A DNA stretch of 64,000 nt from assembly GCF_001194135.2 (NCBI RefSeq), contig NC_068990.1:36980084-37044083 (forward strand), in the 5' to 3' direction. The position numbers and the translations under genes were made by a program. This document shows, piece after piece, positions 63,058 through 64,000 of the stretch (its first letter is position 1; each line of letters opens with the position of its first letter). Origin of the DNA: Octopus bimaculoides. Taxonomy: Eukaryota. The notes under the pieces were generated by a model. That model was not told the origin of the DNA. It saw nothing but the letters and a program-made list of their open reading frames with translations, and did no database searches.

Positions 63058-63170
63058 TACATACATGTGCATATAAATATGTGGGTATGTGTATGTATAT
63101 ATATCATACATTTTATATATTTATAAATTATAAATATAGACATATATTATTATTCATTTATTATATACCT

Positions 63171-63205
<35 letters not shown>

Positions 63206-63299
63206 CATGTAAATATAAATATGTGGCTATGTGTGTGTATGTGTGTATATATATATATATATATATNNNNNNNNNNTATAAATATGTGGCTATGTGTGT

Positions 63300-63352
<53 letters not shown>

Positions 63353-63440
63353 GAGAGAGAGAGAGAGAGAGAGGGAGAGACATTATTTTTCATTCATTAT
63401 ATATTATATACATACATATATATATATGTATATCTATTTG

Positions 63441-63471
<31 letters not shown>

Positions 63472-63600
63472 CTCTATATATATGTATATATATGTGTGTA
63501 TATATATATAATAATAATAATATTAGGGACAAATTAATTTTTCTATATGTGATAGTGGATTTTCATCGATGAGTTCTTGAAACTTGGTTATTTTCCCTAA

Positions 63601-63650
<50 letters not shown>

Positions 63651-64000
63651 ACACTGCCTCCCAATTAAACCCCTACAAAGTTTTCTGAAAATATGATAAT
63701 CAATAGCAAAAATATAGAAAATAAGGAAGTTTTATCAGTCAATTTAATAAAATCTCTTTAAATCTAATATTTTGATGGTTTATGTAATATTGACATGGCT
63801 GATGGGAGATTACAGAAATCATCACCATCATCATTATCAACATCATTATTGTCAACATTATCATTCCTATCATCCTGATTAAGTTCATCATCATCATTTT
63901 GAACAAAAAATACAAAACAGACCCTTATCATGTTCCAACCTTACTAACACATAGATAAATAAATATATACACATAAATGCTCATGTATGTATGTATGCAT

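Noticed and set aside
63195-63320. Direct repeat on both sides of the 10-N gap
   Set aside because: A typical unmerged contig overlap rather than biology.

Overview
AT-rich, gap-containing eukaryotic draft sequence with no host protein-coding gene, rRNA, true tRNA gene or CRISPR array that I can support. The dense microsatellites and SINE families resemble what I recall of octopus (coleoid cephalopod) DNA; this is an inference, not a database result. The window is a transposon graveyard. It holds four SINE-like families (my labels A-D), R4/Dong-, Hero- and RTE-type LINE fragments, several Penelope-like element (PLE) relics (RT C-terminus and GIY-YIG endonuclease), a full-length but dead mariner, other mariner and DD37D (maT) pieces, two Helitron fragments and MITEs. 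Most entries in the ORF track are artefacts of microsatellites or N-runs. The most striking structure is a 350-bp-arm palindrome (41974-42721) with a hammerhead ribozyme in each arm; it sits inside the microsatellite of a split SINE. Further hammerhead-like motifs, some with non-canonical cores, occur at 8652, 7425, 7643, 22045/23530 and 32254. All alignments, translations and pairings were done by eye, and boundaries of old repeats are approximate.
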